Under the pieces are notes generated by a model. That model ran no database searches and was not told the origin of the DNA. It was given only the letters and a program-made list of their open reading frames with translations. The position numbers were made by a program, and so were the translations under genes. 64,000 bases of DNA from an uncultured Verrucomicrobiae bacterium (GTDB taxonomy: Bacteria > Verrucomicrobiota > Verrucomicrobiia > Chthoniobacterales > Chthoniobacteraceae): contig CAWIKF010000002.1 of assembly GCA_963836755.1 (NCBI GenBank), positions 384,001 to 448,000 on the forward strand. The letters are read 5' to 3'. Positions within the stretch are counted from its first letter, which is position 1. Every line of letters starts with the position of its first letter. Of this stretch, positions 42,757 to 53,924 are shown in pieces.

Positions 42757-42813
42757 GCTCAGTGGAATGCAAAGCAGCTTGTCGCACGCGCGTCGCGGGT
42801 TAAATTGCGCCGC

Positions 42814-43224
42814 ATGGAATTGATCAAAAAGGAGCTGACGCTGGAGTATTGGCCCGTAAACAAGTGGATCGAGGGCCGGCTGCGCGAAATTCCAGATGTT
42901 CTGAGCCAGGGCCAGACCCGCGATGAGCTGGAGGAGAATGTGCGCGAGGATTGCGCAGATTTGCTGCTCGACGCGGAGTTCGCGCGGCGGCGCGGCTACG
43001 GTCATCTCGACCCGGCCGATGTGCGCAACGCGGAGCTAAAGTATGTGGAGCTCGATCGCTTTCACGCCGCCTGCGCGCAGCTCCAATCGCTTTCGCCGGA
43101 TCGGATGGAAAAAGTTTTTGCCTACATCGAAGATCTCATCGATCTCGAGGCGCTGGAGCGAAAGGCGGATGCTGACGAAGCGAACCGCCGCGCCGAGGAT
43201 GCCGAGCCGGGTGAAGACTGGTAA
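42814..43224 (+). CDS. HicB-like antitoxin domain protein with helical C-terminal extension
   Basis: LTLEYW...WIEGRLREIPDVLSQGQTRDELEENVRE. Confidence 0.7.
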   Translation: MELIKKELTLEYWPVNKWIEGRLREIPDVLSQGQTRDELEENVREDCADLLLDAEFARRRGYGHLDPADVRNAELKYVELDRFHAACAQLQSLSPDRMEKVFAYIEDLIDLEALERKADADEANRRAEDAEPGEDW

Positions 43225-45207
43225 ATGGCGCGCCAATACACGCTGCAGCGCGGTCCGGGCGCCGGGATCAAAATTGATTATGCGGCGGAATTAAATCCGC
43301 AGCAATGCGCCGCAGTGACCGCGCCGCCTGGACCCGCGCTCGTGATCGCCGGCGCAGGTTCGGGAAAAACGCGAACGCTCATTTATCGCGTGGCGTATCT
43401 CATCGAGAATGGCGTGAGCCCGTCGCAAATTTTGCTGCTGACTTTTACCAACAAAGCAGCGCGCGAAATGCTCGAGCGCGTGACGAATTTACTGCCGAAT
43501 GACACGAGCGGCCTGTGGGGTGGGACGTTTCATTCCATCGGCAACCGGATGCTGCGGCGCAACGCGGAGGCGGCCGGTTTTCGCCCCGGATTCTCGATCA
43601 TGGATCGCGAGGATCAGCAGGACATGCTTGACGCCGTGATCGCCAGCGCCGGTTTTTCCACAAAGGACAAACGTTTTCCGAAAGGCGAGGTGCTCGGCGA
43701 TATTTATTCATTCGCGCTGAACACGAATCGAAAAATCGAGGACGTGCTCGCGGAAAAGTATCCCTACTTTTTACCCTTGCAGGCCGACATCGAGGCGTTG
43801 CAAAAAAAATACGAGGCGCGGAAAAAGTCGGCGAACGCGCTCGATTTCGACGATCTGCTCGAGAAGACGCTGCGGATGCTGCAGACCGATGAGCGCGTCG
43901 CGGATTATTACCGGCGGCACTTTGAATACATCCTCGTGGACGAGTATCAGGACACGAATTCGATCCAGGCGGACTTCATCGATGCGCTCGGCGCTCGGCA
44001 TCAAAACGTGATGGTCGTCGGCGACGATGCGCAGTCGATCTACTCGTGGCGCGGCGCGAATTTCCAAAACATTTTGCAATTCCCGAAACGCTATCCGTCT
44101 GCGGTTGTTTATAAAATTGAAACAAACTACCGCAGTGTGCCGGCTGTTTTACAAGTGGCGAATGCGGCCATCGCCGCAAATGTGCAGCAGTTTAAAAAAG
44201 AGCTGCAGCCGGCGCGGGACGAGGGCGCGATGAAGCCGGCGCTCGTGCCGCTCGCGGACTCGAACCAGCAGGCGCAATTCGTCGCGCAGCGCATTCTCGA
44301 TTTGCGGGATGAAGGTTTTGATCTGCGTGAAATCGCGGTGCTTTATCGCGCGCACTTTCACTCCATGGAATTGCAGATGGAGCTGACGCGGCATGGCATT
44401 CCGTTCGCGATCACGAGCGGGCTCCGTTTCTTTGAGCAGGCACACATCAAGGATGTCGCGGCGTTTCTAAAATTCGCCGTGAACCCGCGCGATGAGGTCG
44501 CTTTTAAACGCATCGCGCGGCTCCTGCCGGGAATCGGCAATCGCTCGGCAGAGCAGCTGTGGAGCGGGTTTGAGCAAGGAGACGGAAATTTTGCGACGTT
44601 GCGAACTTTGAAAGTCCCCGCGAAATCGCAACGCGCGTGGGAGCAGCTCGCGCACACGCTCGAGGAGATCGCGCCGGGCGGAAAACCGAACCCGCCGAAC
44701 GAGATGATCGCGTCGGTGCTCGAGGCGGTCTACGACGATTATCTGAAGGCAAAGTTCCCGAATTACGAAGCGCGCCGCGAAGATTTGAACGTGCTGCAAA
44801 ATTATGCGCGCCAATACAAAGACGCGCATGAATTTCTCGACCAGCTCGCACTCATTTCAAGTCTTGAAAGCGAGACCGAACTTGGCACACGCGAGGAGGA
44901 GGACGAGATGGTGAATCTCTCGTCCGTGCACCAGGCGAAGGGCCTCGAGTGGCGCGTCGTGTTTGTCATTTACATGTGCGACGGCATGTTTCCGAGCTCG
45001 CGCTCGCTCGACACCGACGCCGCGATCGAGGAGGAGCGGCGCTTGTTTTATGTCGCGGTCACACGCGCGCGCGACGAACTTTATCTCACGTATCCGAACC
45101 TGCGGATGAATGCAGGCTACGGCGAAATGTTGCAGCGGCCGTCGCGTTTTTTAAACGAAGTGCCGAAGGCGCTGCTCGAGGAATGGCAGATCAGCGCGGC
45201 GTTTTAA
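43225..45207 (+). CDS. uvrD: ATP-dependent DNA helicase UvrD/PcrA
   Basis: AGAGSGKT, LTFTNKAA, VDEYQDTN, VGDDAQSIY, NYRS, HQAKGLEW, EERRLFYVAVTRA. Confidence 0.93.
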   Translation: MARQYTLQRGPGAGIKIDYAAELNPQQCAAVTAPPGPALVIAGAGSGKTRTLIYRVAYLIENGVSPSQILLLTFTNKAAREMLERVTNLLPNDTSGLWGGTFHSIGNRMLRRNAEAAGFRPGFSIMDREDQQDMLDAVIASAGFSTKDKRFPKGEVLGDIYSFALNTNRKIEDVLAEKYPYFLPLQADIEALQKKYEARKKSANALDFDDLLEKTLRMLQTDERVADYYRRHFEYILVDEYQDTNSIQADFIDALGARHQNVMVVGDDAQSIYSWRGANFQNILQFPKRYPSAVVYKIETNYRSVPAVLQVANAAIAANVQQFKKELQPARDEGAMKPALVPLADSNQQAQFVAQRILDLRDEGFDLREIAVLYRAHFHSMELQMELTRHGIPFAITSGLRFFEQAHIKDVAAFLKFAVNPRDEVAFKRIARLLPGIGNRSAEQLWSGFEQGDGNFATLRTLKVPAKSQRAWEQLAHTLEEIAPGGKPNPPNEMIASVLEAVYDDYLKAKFPNYEARREDLNVLQNYARQYKDAHEFLDQLALISSLESETELGTREEEDEMVNLSSVHQAKGLEWRVVFVIYMCDGMFPSSRSLDTDAAIEEERRLFYVAVTRARDELYLTYPNLRMNAGYGEMLQRPSRFLNEVPKALLEEWQISAAF

Positions 45208-45255
45208 CATTTGTGTTCGTTTGTCAACGGCGCGCGCGGCGGCAATAATCGGCGC

Positions 45256-46164
45256 ATGGAAAAACCGTCATTGTTGATTCTCGCCGCCGGGCTCGGCAGC
45301 CGTTACGGCGGCTTCAAGCAGATCGATCCAATCGGCCCGTCGGGCGAAGTCATCATCGACTATTCCATTTTCGACGCAGTGCGCGCCGGCTTTGGCCGGA
45401 TCGTCATCGTGACCGCACCGGCGCTGGAAAAACCGCTGCGCGAGCATTTCGCAAAAACGCTCGGCGACGACATTGAGCTCGTTTTCGTTTTCCAAAAACT
45501 CGACGACCTGCCGAATGGATTTTCCGCGCCGGCTGAAAGACAAAAACCGTGGGGAACCGCGCATGCGATCTGGTCGGCGCGCGCGGCTTTGGACGGAGCT
45601 TTCGGCGTGATCAATGCGGACGATTTTTACGGGAAAAGTTCTTTTCGCGTGCTGCACGATTTTCTCGCGAACAAGCGTGCAGGCGAGTTTGCGCTCGTCG
45701 GATTCGAGCTGGCGAAAACACTTTCCGCGCACGGAACGGTCTCGCGCGGAATTTGCCGCGGCGATGCCGATGGCTATCTGATAAACGTTGTTGAACACAC
45801 AAAAATCGAGCCGGACGCGGCGAAGGGCGCGCGTTCATGGATGGGCGAAAAGGAATGGCAGCCGCTCGCGGCAGAAACGGTGACTTCGATGAACATGTGG
45901 GGTTTTGATGGATCGCTGCTGCGAAACATGGAGGATGAATTTCGGAAATTTCTCGCGGCGGAGTCTGGCTATCCGAAGTCGGAATTTTTCATCCCGACGG
46001 TCGTGGATGCCTTGATTCAGCGCGGACTTTGTCGCTGCAAAATTTTAAAAACTTCCGAGCAATGGTTCGGCGTGACTTACCAGGAAGATCGCGCGGAAGC
46101 GGCGCGGACGGTGCGCGAATTGACGGCGCGCGGCATTTATCCGGCATCGCTCGCGCGGAACTGA
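45256..46164 (+). CDS. Sugar-phosphate nucleotidyltransferase family protein
   Basis: LILAAGLGSRYGGFKQ, KPWGTAHA, VINADDFYG, WFGVTY. Confidence 0.9.
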   Translation: MEKPSLLILAAGLGSRYGGFKQIDPIGPSGEVIIDYSIFDAVRAGFGRIVIVTAPALEKPLREHFAKTLGDDIELVFVFQKLDDLPNGFSAPAERQKPWGTAHAIWSARAALDGAFGVINADDFYGKSSFRVLHDFLANKRAGEFALVGFELAKTLSAHGTVSRGICRGDADGYLINVVEHTKIEPDAAKGARSWMGEKEWQPLAAETVTSMNMWGFDGSLLRNMEDEFRKFLAAESGYPKSEFFIPTVVDALIQRGLCRCKILKTSEQWFGVTYQEDRAEAARTVRELTARGIYPASLARN

Positions 46165-46268
46165 AGCGCGCATGAAGGCAAAGTCGCGCGAATCTTTCTC
46201 GAAAATAATCTGTGTCCAATCCGCGGAATCTGTGGCTTGCTGACTTTGATTTTTCTCGATTGTCTTGC

Positions 46269-47141
46269 ATGAAAATTTACATCGACGGCGCATTTTACGC
46301 GGAAGCTGACGCGAAGATTTCAGTGTTCGATCACGGGTTGCTTTACGGCGACGGCGTGTTCGAGGGAATTCGTTTTTACAACGGCCGCGTTTTTAAATTT
46401 GAGGAGCATCTGACGCGGCTGTGGGAGTCGGCGCGGGCCATTTGTTTAACAGTGCCGATCTCGCGCGAGGAAATGTCGGCGGCGGTGCTGGAGACGATTC
46501 GGCAGAATAATTTGCGCGACGGTTATGTGCGGCTGGTCGTGACGCGCGGCATTGGCAATCTCGGATTGAGCCCGGACAAATGCCCGCGCGCGAGCGTGAT
46601 CGTCATCGCGGCGACGATCGCGCTTTATCCGGAGGAGCTGTATCAGCGCGGGCTGGACGTGATCACGTGCGGCACGCGGCGCATGTCGGCGGCGGCATTG
46701 AGCCCGGCGATCAAGTCGCTCAACTATTTAAACAATATTTTAGCGAAGATCGAGGCGAACCAGGCCGGTGCCGGCGAAGGGCTGATGCTCAACGAGCAGG
46801 GAAACGTGGCCGAATGCACCGGCGACAATATTTTCGTGCTCAAGCGCGGCGCGCTCGTGACGCCGCCGATCAGCGCGGGCGGATTGCGCGGGATCACGCG
46901 CGAAGCTGTGTTTGAGATCGCCGCGGAATTTGGGATCAAAGTCAGCGAGCCGGAATTGACGCGCTACGATATTTACACGGCCGACGAATGCTTTCTCACC
47001 GGCACCGCCGCGGAGATCATCGCGGTCGTGAAGCTTGATCAGCGGCTGATTGGCGACGGACGGCCGGGACCGGTGACGCAGCGTTTCATCGATCGGTTCC
47101 GCGAGTTGACACAATCCACCGGCGCGCCAATTTACTCATAG
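46269..47141 (+). CDS. ilvE: Branched-chain amino acid aminotransferase
   Basis: DHGLLYGDGVFEGIR, KSLNYLN, ECTGDNIF, LRGITR, FLTGTAAE. Confidence 0.95.
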   Translation: MKIYIDGAFYAEADAKISVFDHGLLYGDGVFEGIRFYNGRVFKFEEHLTRLWESARAICLTVPISREEMSAAVLETIRQNNLRDGYVRLVVTRGIGNLGLSPDKCPRASVIVIAATIALYPEELYQRGLDVITCGTRRMSAAALSPAIKSLNYLNNILAKIEANQAGAGEGLMLNEQGNVAECTGDNIFVLKRGALVTPPISAGGLRGITREAVFEIAAEFGIKVSEPELTRYDIYTADECFLTGTAAEIIAVVKLDQRLIGDGRPGPVTQRFIDRFRELTQSTGAPIYS

Positions 47142-47156
47142 AAAGTTTTTTCGAGA

Positions 47157-47648
47157 ATGACCTGCGACGTTTGCAAAACCAACCAAGCGACGGTTTTTCT
47201 CACGCAAATTGTCGACGGCAAAATGCAGAAGGTGAATCTCTGCGAATCGTGCTCGAAGGAAAAAGGCGTGACTGATCCGACGGGATTCGCGCTGGCGGAT
47301 TTGCTGCTCGGGCTCGGCGCCGCGCAGGAAATCGAGAAGGGCGGCAGCTCGGAAAAATGTCCGGTCTGCGGCTTCAGCCAGGCGGATTTTAAAAAGACCG
47401 GGCGGCTCGGCTGCGCGGTTTGCTACGACACTTTTGAGGAAGGGCTCGCGTCGCTTTTGAAGGCGATGCACAAGGGGACCACGCACGTCGGCAAAGTGCC
47501 GGCGCGGCTCGCGAAGTCGCTGCAGCTCGATGCGGAGCGGAAGCAATTGCAATCCGATCTCGACCGCGCGGTGGCGGAGGAAAATTACGAATCCGCCGCT
47601 GAGATCCGCGACCAATTGAAGCAGCTGGAAATTTCGCACGAATCCTAA
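47157..47648 (+). CDS. mcsA: McsA (CxxC motifs plus UVR domain)
   Basis: Four CxxC motifs, GRLGCAVCY, HVGKVP, ENYESAAEIRD. Confidence 0.92.
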   Translation: MTCDVCKTNQATVFLTQIVDGKMQKVNLCESCSKEKGVTDPTGFALADLLLGLGAAQEIEKGGSSEKCPVCGFSQADFKKTGRLGCAVCYDTFEEGLASLLKAMHKGTTHVGKVPARLAKSLQLDAERKQLQSDLDRAVAEENYESAAEIRDQLKQLEISHES

Positions 47649-47652
47649 CCGC

Positions 47653-48765
47653 GTGAAATTTGCCAATCTTTTTTCCAGCTCCGGCGAATGGCTGCGCGGA
47701 GACGGGCCGCATCATCAGATCGTGATCAGCAGCCGCGTGCGGCTCGCGCGAAATTTGCGCGCCCACGCATTTCCCGGCTGGGCGAAAAAAGTCGAGCGCC
47801 TGCAAATCCTCGAGCAGATCAAGCCGCGCGTGGATGAGCTGCCGGAAATGCAGGACGCATTTTCCGAATATTTGCAGGACCTGACTGCGCTGGAAAAACA
47901 GGTGCTCGTCGAGCGGCACCTGATCAGCCGCGAGCAAGCTGCGAAGGGCGTTGGCAGCGCAGTCGTGATGAACCGCAAGCAGACGCTGAGTATCATGATC
48001 AACGAGGAGGATCATCTGCGGATGCAGGCGCTGCGATCGGGTTTGCAGCTTAAAAATGTTTTCAAATTGATCGACAAGGCCGACAGCGCGCTCGAGAGCA
48101 AACTCGAATTCGCATTTCATCCGAGACTCGGTTATTTAACAGCATGCCCAACAAACGTTGGCACCGGTATGCGCGCTTCCGCGATGCTGCACCTGCCCGC
48201 GCTCGTGCTGAGCGAGCAGATCAACCAAGTTATACAAGCTGTAAACAAAGTTGGACTCGCGGTGCGCGGACTTTACGGCGAGGGAACGGAGGCGATGGGA
48301 AATCTTTTTCAAGTCTCGAACCAAACCACCCTCGGCGAAAAGGAGGACGAAATCATCGCGCGGCTCAACCAGGTGATCGAAAAAATCATCGAGCACGAGC
48401 AGAATGCGCGGCAACTTTTGCTGCAAAAAAAACTCGGCACGCTGCTCGACCAGATCGGCCGCGGCTACGGCGTGCTCAGCCACGCGTATTCGATGACATC
48501 GAAGGAAGCGCTGAATTTGCTCTCGTTCATGAAGCTCGGGATCGACCTCGGATTTTTCCCGGAGGACAAGCGCGTGGCGATCGACGAGCTGTTCATGGAA
48601 ACGCAGCCGGCGCATTTGCAAAAAAGCTCGCAGCAAAAACTCGCGGCGGAGGAGCGGGACTCGTTGCGCGCGGAGATCATCCGTGACAAATTAAAAGCGT
48701 TCCCAAAACCCGTGATTACCCAACCTTCCGGCAACGGCCATACCGAAGCACAAAATGATGAATAA
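47653..48765 (+). CDS. mcsB: Protein arginine kinase McsB
   Basis: [43 protein letters not shown]. Confidence 0.95.
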   Translation: MKFANLFSSSGEWLRGDGPHHQIVISSRVRLARNLRAHAFPGWAKKVERLQILEQIKPRVDELPEMQDAFSEYLQDLTALEKQVLVERHLISREQAAKGVGSAVVMNRKQTLSIMINEEDHLRMQALRSGLQLKNVFKLIDKADSALESKLEFAFHPRLGYLTACPTNVGTGMRASAMLHLPALVLSEQINQVIQAVNKVGLAVRGLYGEGTEAMGNLFQVSNQTTLGEKEDEIIARLNQVIEKIIEHEQNARQLLLQKKLGTLLDQIGRGYGVLSHAYSMTSKEALNLLSFMKLGIDLGFFPEDKRVAIDELFMETQPAHLQKSSQQKLAAEERDSLRAEIIRDKLKAFPKPVITQPSGNGHTEAQNDE

Positions 48766-51238
48766 TTTCACTCCACGAGCTCAACAGGTTTTGGCGCTGG
48801 CCCGCAAGGAGGCGGATCGCTTCAACCATAATTATGTCGGGACCGAGCATCTGCTTTTGGGCTTGATCAAGCTGGGGCAGGGCGTCGCGGTGAATGTTTT
48901 ACAAAAGATGGGACTCGATCTCGAGACGGTGCGGATGGAAGTCGAGAAACAGGTTGGCAGCGGCCCGGAGACGAAAATGGTCGGCAACATTCCCTACACT
49001 CCGCGCGTGAAAAAAGTGCTCGCGCTCGCGGGCAAGGAAGCGAAATCGCTCAACCATTCCTACGTTGGGACGGAGCATATTTTGCTCGGACTTTTGCGCG
49101 AAGGCGAAGGCGTCGCGGCGCGCGTGCTAAAAAATCTTGAGATCGATATCGAGCGGACGCGCAACGAAATTTTGAAGGAGCTTGATCCGAATTTCACGCC
49201 GTCGGAAGGCGAGCAGGAGCCGAGTTCATCCGCCGCGGAAGGCAAGGGATCGAAGGACGTGAAGACGCCGGCGCTGCGCGCGTTTGGCCGCGACTTGACG
49301 GAGCTCGCGCGCAAAAACGAACTCGATCCGGTCATCGGCCGAAAAAACGAAATCGAGCGCGTGATTCAAGTGCTTTGCCGCCGCACGAAAAATAATCCGG
49401 TGCTTTTGGGCGAAGCTGGCGTCGGCAAAACAGCCATCGTCGAAGGTCTCGCGCAGGAAATTGCGAGCGGCAATGTGCCGGAAATTTTGCGCGACAAAAA
49501 AGTGATCACGCTCGACCTCGCGTTGATGGTCGCGGGCACCAAATATCGCGGCCAATTCGAGGAGCGGATCAAGGCCGTGATGGATGAAATTCGCCGCAGC
49601 AAAAACGTGATTCTTTTCATCGACGAGCTCCACACGATCGTCGGCGCGGGCTCTGCGGAAGGGGCGATGGACGCGTCAAACATCATCAAGCCGGCGCTGA
49701 GCCGCGGCGAAATGCAGTGCGTCGGTGCGACCACGCTCAACGAATATCGCAAATATATTGAAAAGGATGCGGCGCTCGAGCGGCGTTTCCAAAGCGTGAA
49801 AGTCGAGGCGCCGAGCGTGGACGAGGCGATTTTGATTTTGAAGGGGCTCAAGCCGAAATACGAAGTGCATCACAAGGCGAAGTTTACCGACAGTGCGCTC
49901 GAGGCCGCCGTGAAACTTTCCGACAGGTATTTAACAGGGCGTTTTCTACCCGACAAGGCGATCGACGTGATGGATGAAGCCGGCGCGCGCGCCCGCATTT
50001 CATCAATGACGCGGCCGCCGGATGTGAAGCACATCGAGCAGGAAATCGAGGACATCCGCGCGGAAAAGGAAGCGGCGATCAAGTCGCAGGATTTCGAAAA
50101 AGCCGCTTCGCTGCGCGACACGGAAAAGCAGGCGAAGGACAAGCTGGAAAACATTTTGACCGAATGGCGCGAGCAGCGCGAAGAGAAGGAAGTCGTCGTG
50201 ACGGATGAAGACATGATGCACATCGTCTCGAAGTGGACGGGCGTGCCGCTCAATCGGATGGAGCAAAAAGAAACGGCTAAATTGCTCGCGATGGAGAGCC
50301 AGCTTCGCGGCAAAGTCATCGGCCAGGATGAGGCGGTGATCGCGATCAGCAAGGCGCTGCGCCGCTCCCGCGCCGATTTGAAGGATCCGCGCCGGCCGAT
50401 CGGCTCATTTATTTTTCTCGGCCCGACCGGTGTCGGCAAAACTTTTCTCGCGCAGACGCTGGCTGAGTTCATGTTTGGCGACCGCGACGCGTTGATTCAG
50501 ATCGACATGTCGGAATACATGGAAAAATTCACGGCGTCGCGCCTGCTCGGTTCGCCTCCGGGTTACGTCGGCTACGAGGAGGGCGGCCAGCTCAGCGAAG
50601 CGGTTCGCCGCAGGCCTTATGCCGTGGTGCTTTTCGACGAAATCGAGAAGGCGCATCCGGATGTGATGCACCTGCTGTTGCAAATTTTGGAGGAGGGAAA
50701 AGTCACCGACTCGCTCGGCCGCAAAATTGATTTTCGCAACACGATCATCATCATGACCTCGAACGTCGGCGCCGATTTGATCAAGCGCCAGACTTCGCTC
50801 GGCTTCGGCGCGGCCTCGCGCGATGAAGGCGACTACGATGTGATGCGCGAGAAAATTCTCGAGGAGTCCAAACGCGTGTTTAAACCCGAGTTTATCAATC
50901 GTCTGGACGATTTGATCGTCTTTCACACGCTGACGAAGCCCGATTTGATGAAGATCGTGGATCTCGAAGTCTCGAAGGTGCTCGTTCGCGTGAAGAACAA
51001 AAACATCACCGTTTCGCTCGACACCAGCGCTCACGAGTTTCTCATCGAGAAAGGCTACGACCCGACCTACGGCGCGCGTCCGATGCGTCGTGCTGTGGAA
51101 AAATATCTCGAGGATCCGCTCGCCGAGGAAATTTTGCGCGGCAACATCAAGGAAGGCGATACGATCGCGGTCAGCGCGAAGGACGGCAAACTTACTTTTC
51201 GCACGCCCGAGCACGCCGAGCCTGCGGAAGCCAGCTAG
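48755..51238 (+). CDS. clpC: ATP-dependent Clp protease ATP-binding subunit ClpC
   Basis: Clp N-domain repeats, [11 protein letters not shown] middle domain, [15 protein letters not shown]. Confidence 0.96.
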   Translation: MMNNFTPRAQQVLALARKEADRFNHNYVGTEHLLLGLIKLGQGVAVNVLQKMGLDLETVRMEVEKQVGSGPETKMVGNIPYTPRVKKVLALAGKEAKSLNHSYVGTEHILLGLLREGEGVAARVLKNLEIDIERTRNEILKELDPNFTPSEGEQEPSSSAAEGKGSKDVKTPALRAFGRDLTELARKNELDPVIGRKNEIERVIQVLCRRTKNNPVLLGEAGVGKTAIVEGLAQEIASGNVPEILRDKKVITLDLALMVAGTKYRGQFEERIKAVMDEIRRSKNVILFIDELHTIVGAGSAEGAMDASNIIKPALSRGEMQCVGATTLNEYRKYIEKDAALERRFQSVKVEAPSVDEAILILKGLKPKYEVHHKAKFTDSALEAAVKLSDRYLTGRFLPDKAIDVMDEAGARARISSMTRPPDVKHIEQEIEDIRAEKEAAIKSQDFEKAASLRDTEKQAKDKLENILTEWREQREEKEVVVTDEDMMHIVSKWTGVPLNRMEQKETAKLLAMESQLRGKVIGQDEAVIAISKALRRSRADLKDPRRPIGSFIFLGPTGVGKTFLAQTLAEFMFGDRDALIQIDMSEYMEKFTASRLLGSPPGYVGYEEGGQLSEAVRRRPYAVVLFDEIEKAHPDVMHLLLQILEEGKVTDSLGRKIDFRNTIIIMTSNVGADLIKRQTSLGFGAASRDEGDYDVMREKILEESKRVFKPEFINRLDDLIVFHTLTKPDLMKIVDLEVSKVLVRVKNKNITVSLDTSAHEFLIEKGYDPTYGARPMRRAVEKYLEDPLAEEILRGNIKEGDTIAVSAKDGKLTFRTPEHAEPAEAS

Positions 51239-51302
51239 CGCGGGAAAGCGAAATCGCAGGGACCGGCGAGGTCTGGCACCGCTGATGCTATCAAAGGTGG
51301 CA

Positions 51303-52157
51303 ATGTCCGCGCACCTTCACGTTCCACGCAAGTTCATCACGGCCAAAAGACTCGTCACCATGGGGGCGGTGCTGACCATTGGTTCGATGCTGATCATCGC
51401 CAGCATTTCCTACCGCACCACGGAAAGTTATTTGTCCTCAAAAGGCATCGGCTCTTCGCGGCTCCAGCTCATCCAAAACGTGCTATCCAATCTCAAGGAC
51501 GCCGAGGCTGCGCATCACGGTTTTCTGCTCACGGGCAACCCCACTTATCTCGATTCCTACAATGAAGCGCGGCTCGAGGTGAACCAAAACATCGCGCGAC
51601 TCCGGGCGCTCGCGAAGCAAATCGATTTCACCGAGGCGAACGAGCTCAACGACATGCGCGAGATGGTGAACGCAAAACTCGCCGAGCTCGGCAACAGCCT
51701 CGAAATCCGTCGCAACTCAGGTCTCGAGCCGGCGATTGAGTCCGTAGTTTCCGGCGACAAGGAAAACAGCCTCGAGCGGATCCGGAAATTCATCATGTCG
51801 ATCCAGGAGGACGAGTTGGAGCGCCAGGCAGACGTCGCGCGCGCGGACAAAGCGAGCGCGGCGTTTCATCAACATCTCACGCTCGGGCTCGTCGCGATCG
51901 ACGCTTTATTTTTGCTCGCCGTCGGCTTGCTCGGCTGGAAAATCAACCGCCTCGAACACCTCGTCACCGTCTGCGCCTGGTCGCAGAAAGTGGAATACGA
52001 AGGCGAATGGATGCGCTTTGAGGAGTTTCTGGAAAAGCGTTTCGGCATCCGCTGCTCGCACGGAATTTCCGAGGAGGAAGCCAAAAAATGGTTTGTGCCG
52101 GAATTGCCCACCGACGCCACGGATATCAACATCAACGACGAAAGCGCGCTCGCGTAA
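51303..52157 (+). CDS. CHASE3 membrane sensor with small C-terminal CAW...SHGI domain
   Basis: TM, then LKDAEAAHHGFLLTGNPTYLDSY, TM, then VTVCAWSQKV...W..FEEFL...SHGIS. Start uncertain. Confidence 0.8.
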   Translation: MSAHLHVPRKFITAKRLVTMGAVLTIGSMLIIASISYRTTESYLSSKGIGSSRLQLIQNVLSNLKDAEAAHHGFLLTGNPTYLDSYNEARLEVNQNIARLRALAKQIDFTEANELNDMREMVNAKLAELGNSLEIRRNSGLEPAIESVVSGDKENSLERIRKFIMSIQEDELERQADVARADKASAAFHQHLTLGLVAIDALFLLAVGLLGWKINRLEHLVTVCAWSQKVEYEGEWMRFEEFLEKRFGIRCSHGISEEEAKKWFVPELPTDATDININDESALA

Positions 52158-52170
52158 AAGGGGGCGCGTG

Positions 52171-53124
52171 CTAACGCGCCGGCACCGTGCCCGGCGGCGC
52201 ATCCGACAAACTTTTGAGATAGGCGATGATCTGCATCAGCTGCTCCTCGGTGATCCGATCCTTGAAAGTCGGCATCAAATTTTCGTAGCCGCCGGCGATT
52301 TGCGCGCCGGGCATCAGGATCGAATCGCGCAGATATTTTTCATCCGCAACCACCGTCTGGCCGCCATTTAACGGCACCGGCTTGCCGTAAATTCCCTCAA
52401 GCCGCGGCGCGTGAATTTTTGAATTTTCGCCGTGGCAGCCGCTGCATCCCAGTTGTGTAAACAGCTCTCTGCCTTCCGCGACCACAGGCACATTCCTGTC
52501 ACCGCTCGCCATCCATTGCGCATACGCCGCGGGCTCCATCACTATAATGTGCCCGATCATTCCGGAATGCTGCGTGCCGCAATATTCCGCGCAGAAAAGA
52601 TGATACTCGCCGAGCCGTGTCGCCCTGAACCACTCCGTCGTGTAGCGGCCGGGCACCACATCCTGTTTTACACGAAATGCCGGAACGTAAAACGAGTGAA
52701 TCACGTCCTGCGAAGTCATCATCAATCGCACGTTGGCTCCAAGCGGAATGTGAAGCTCGTTGATCTCGCGCTTACCCTCCGCGTGTTGAAGTTTCCACAT
52801 CCATTGCTTTGCGACCACGTTGACTTCGAGCGCATCGGATGGCGGCTCTTCAAGTTTGAAATAAACCGCTGCGCCCCACGCGAACATTCCCATCGAAATG
52901 AACAGCGGAATGACCGTCCACGAAAGCTCCAGCAGCACGTAACCCGGCGGAGGATTCGTGCGATCTGCGCGCGATCCGCGGCGATATTTGATCGAGAAAA
53001 ACAGCAACGGCACGAAGACGAGCACTGCAAAAAATGCGGTGATTGCAGTGAGACCAAAAAAAAGAAAATCGACCTGCCGCGCGCCCGTCGAAGCCTGATC
53101 GGGAAAAATATGGAATGTCCACAT
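52171..53124 (-). CDS. coxB: Cytochrome c oxidase subunit II with C-terminal cytochrome c
   Basis: KQWMW, SQDVIHSF, CAEYCGTQHSGM CuA motif, CSGCH. Confidence 0.95.
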   Translation of the reverse strand: MWTFHIFPDQASTGARQVDFLFFGLTAITAFFAVLVFVPLLFFSIKYRRGSRADRTNPPPGYVLLELSWTVIPLFISMGMFAWGAAVYFKLEEPPSDALEVNVVAKQWMWKLQHAEGKREINELHIPLGANVRLMMTSQDVIHSFYVPAFRVKQDVVPGRYTTEWFRATRLGEYHLFCAEYCGTQHSGMIGHIIVMEPAAYAQWMASGDRNVPVVAEGRELFTQLGCSGCHGENSKIHAPRLEGIYGKPVPLNGGQTVVADEKYLRDSILMPGAQIAGGYENLMPTFKDRITEEQLMQIIAYLKSLSDAPPGTVPAR

Positions 53125-53126
53125 GG

Positions 53127-53924
53127 CTATGTGGCGAGCCGGCGCGCGCGCTCGCGGCGGATGGCAAAAGTAATGAATGCGACGAGGGCAAAAAAAGTCG
53201 CGGCTCCGCATAAACGCAGGACATTCAGGATCGCGATTCCATATTTTCCGGTGATTGGATTGTAGTGAAAACAGAGCAGGACCAATTGGTCGATGGGTGA
53301 GCCGATGTGCCGCGCGGAAGCTTGTGTCAGCGCCAGCCGCAAATCATTCGGCGGAAAGTTGACGCCGAAAAAGTAGCGCGAGATTTTTCCTTCCGGCGTC
53401 GCGATGACGATCCCGCTGGAATGCGCATACTGCTTCGTCGCCGGATCGTAAACGTAATGAAACCCGATCGCGTCTGAAAGCTGCCGGATCGACGCGGCAT
53501 CGCCGGTCAGGAAATGCCAGCCGTCGCTCGCGCCCGGGCGACCGTAGCGTTTGATGTAAGTGTTTTTTTTCGCGTTCGCTTCAGCCGGCGTTTCGTGAGG
53601 ATCGATACTGAAATGCACGACGGTGAAGTCGCGCCCGACATCGAGTTTCAAGTCGAGCAGACTTTCGATCAACCCGTTTGCGACGACTGTGCAGAGCATC
53701 GGGCAGCCGTAGTATCCCGGCACGATCACGACCGGTTTTTTTCCGAAATAATCGCCGAGCCTGATGTGCGCGCCGCTCTCATCGACGAACTTGGCATCCA
53801 GCGGCAGCGGGTGATTCAGTTCCTGATCGAAGCGCACCTTGAGCAAATCCGTCTCGGCAAAAGCCGCGGCCACAAATGCGAAGGCGAAGCCGAAAAGGGA
53901 AAGTTTACGGAGTGCGGTTTTCAT
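53127..53924 (-). CDS. SCO1/SenC family protein
   Basis: YYGCPMLC, SIDP, WHFLTG, YAHSSG. Confidence 0.92.
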   Translation of the reverse strand: MKTALRKLSLFGFAFAFVAAAFAETDLLKVRFDQELNHPLPLDAKFVDESGAHIRLGDYFGKKPVVIVPGYYGCPMLCTVVANGLIESLLDLKLDVGRDFTVVHFSIDPHETPAEANAKKNTYIKRYGRPGASDGWHFLTGDAASIRQLSDAIGFHYVYDPATKQYAHSSGIVIATPEGKISRYFFGVNFPPNDLRLALTQASARHIGSPIDQLVLLCFHYNPITGKYGIAILNVLRLCGAATFFALVAFITFAIRRERARRLAT

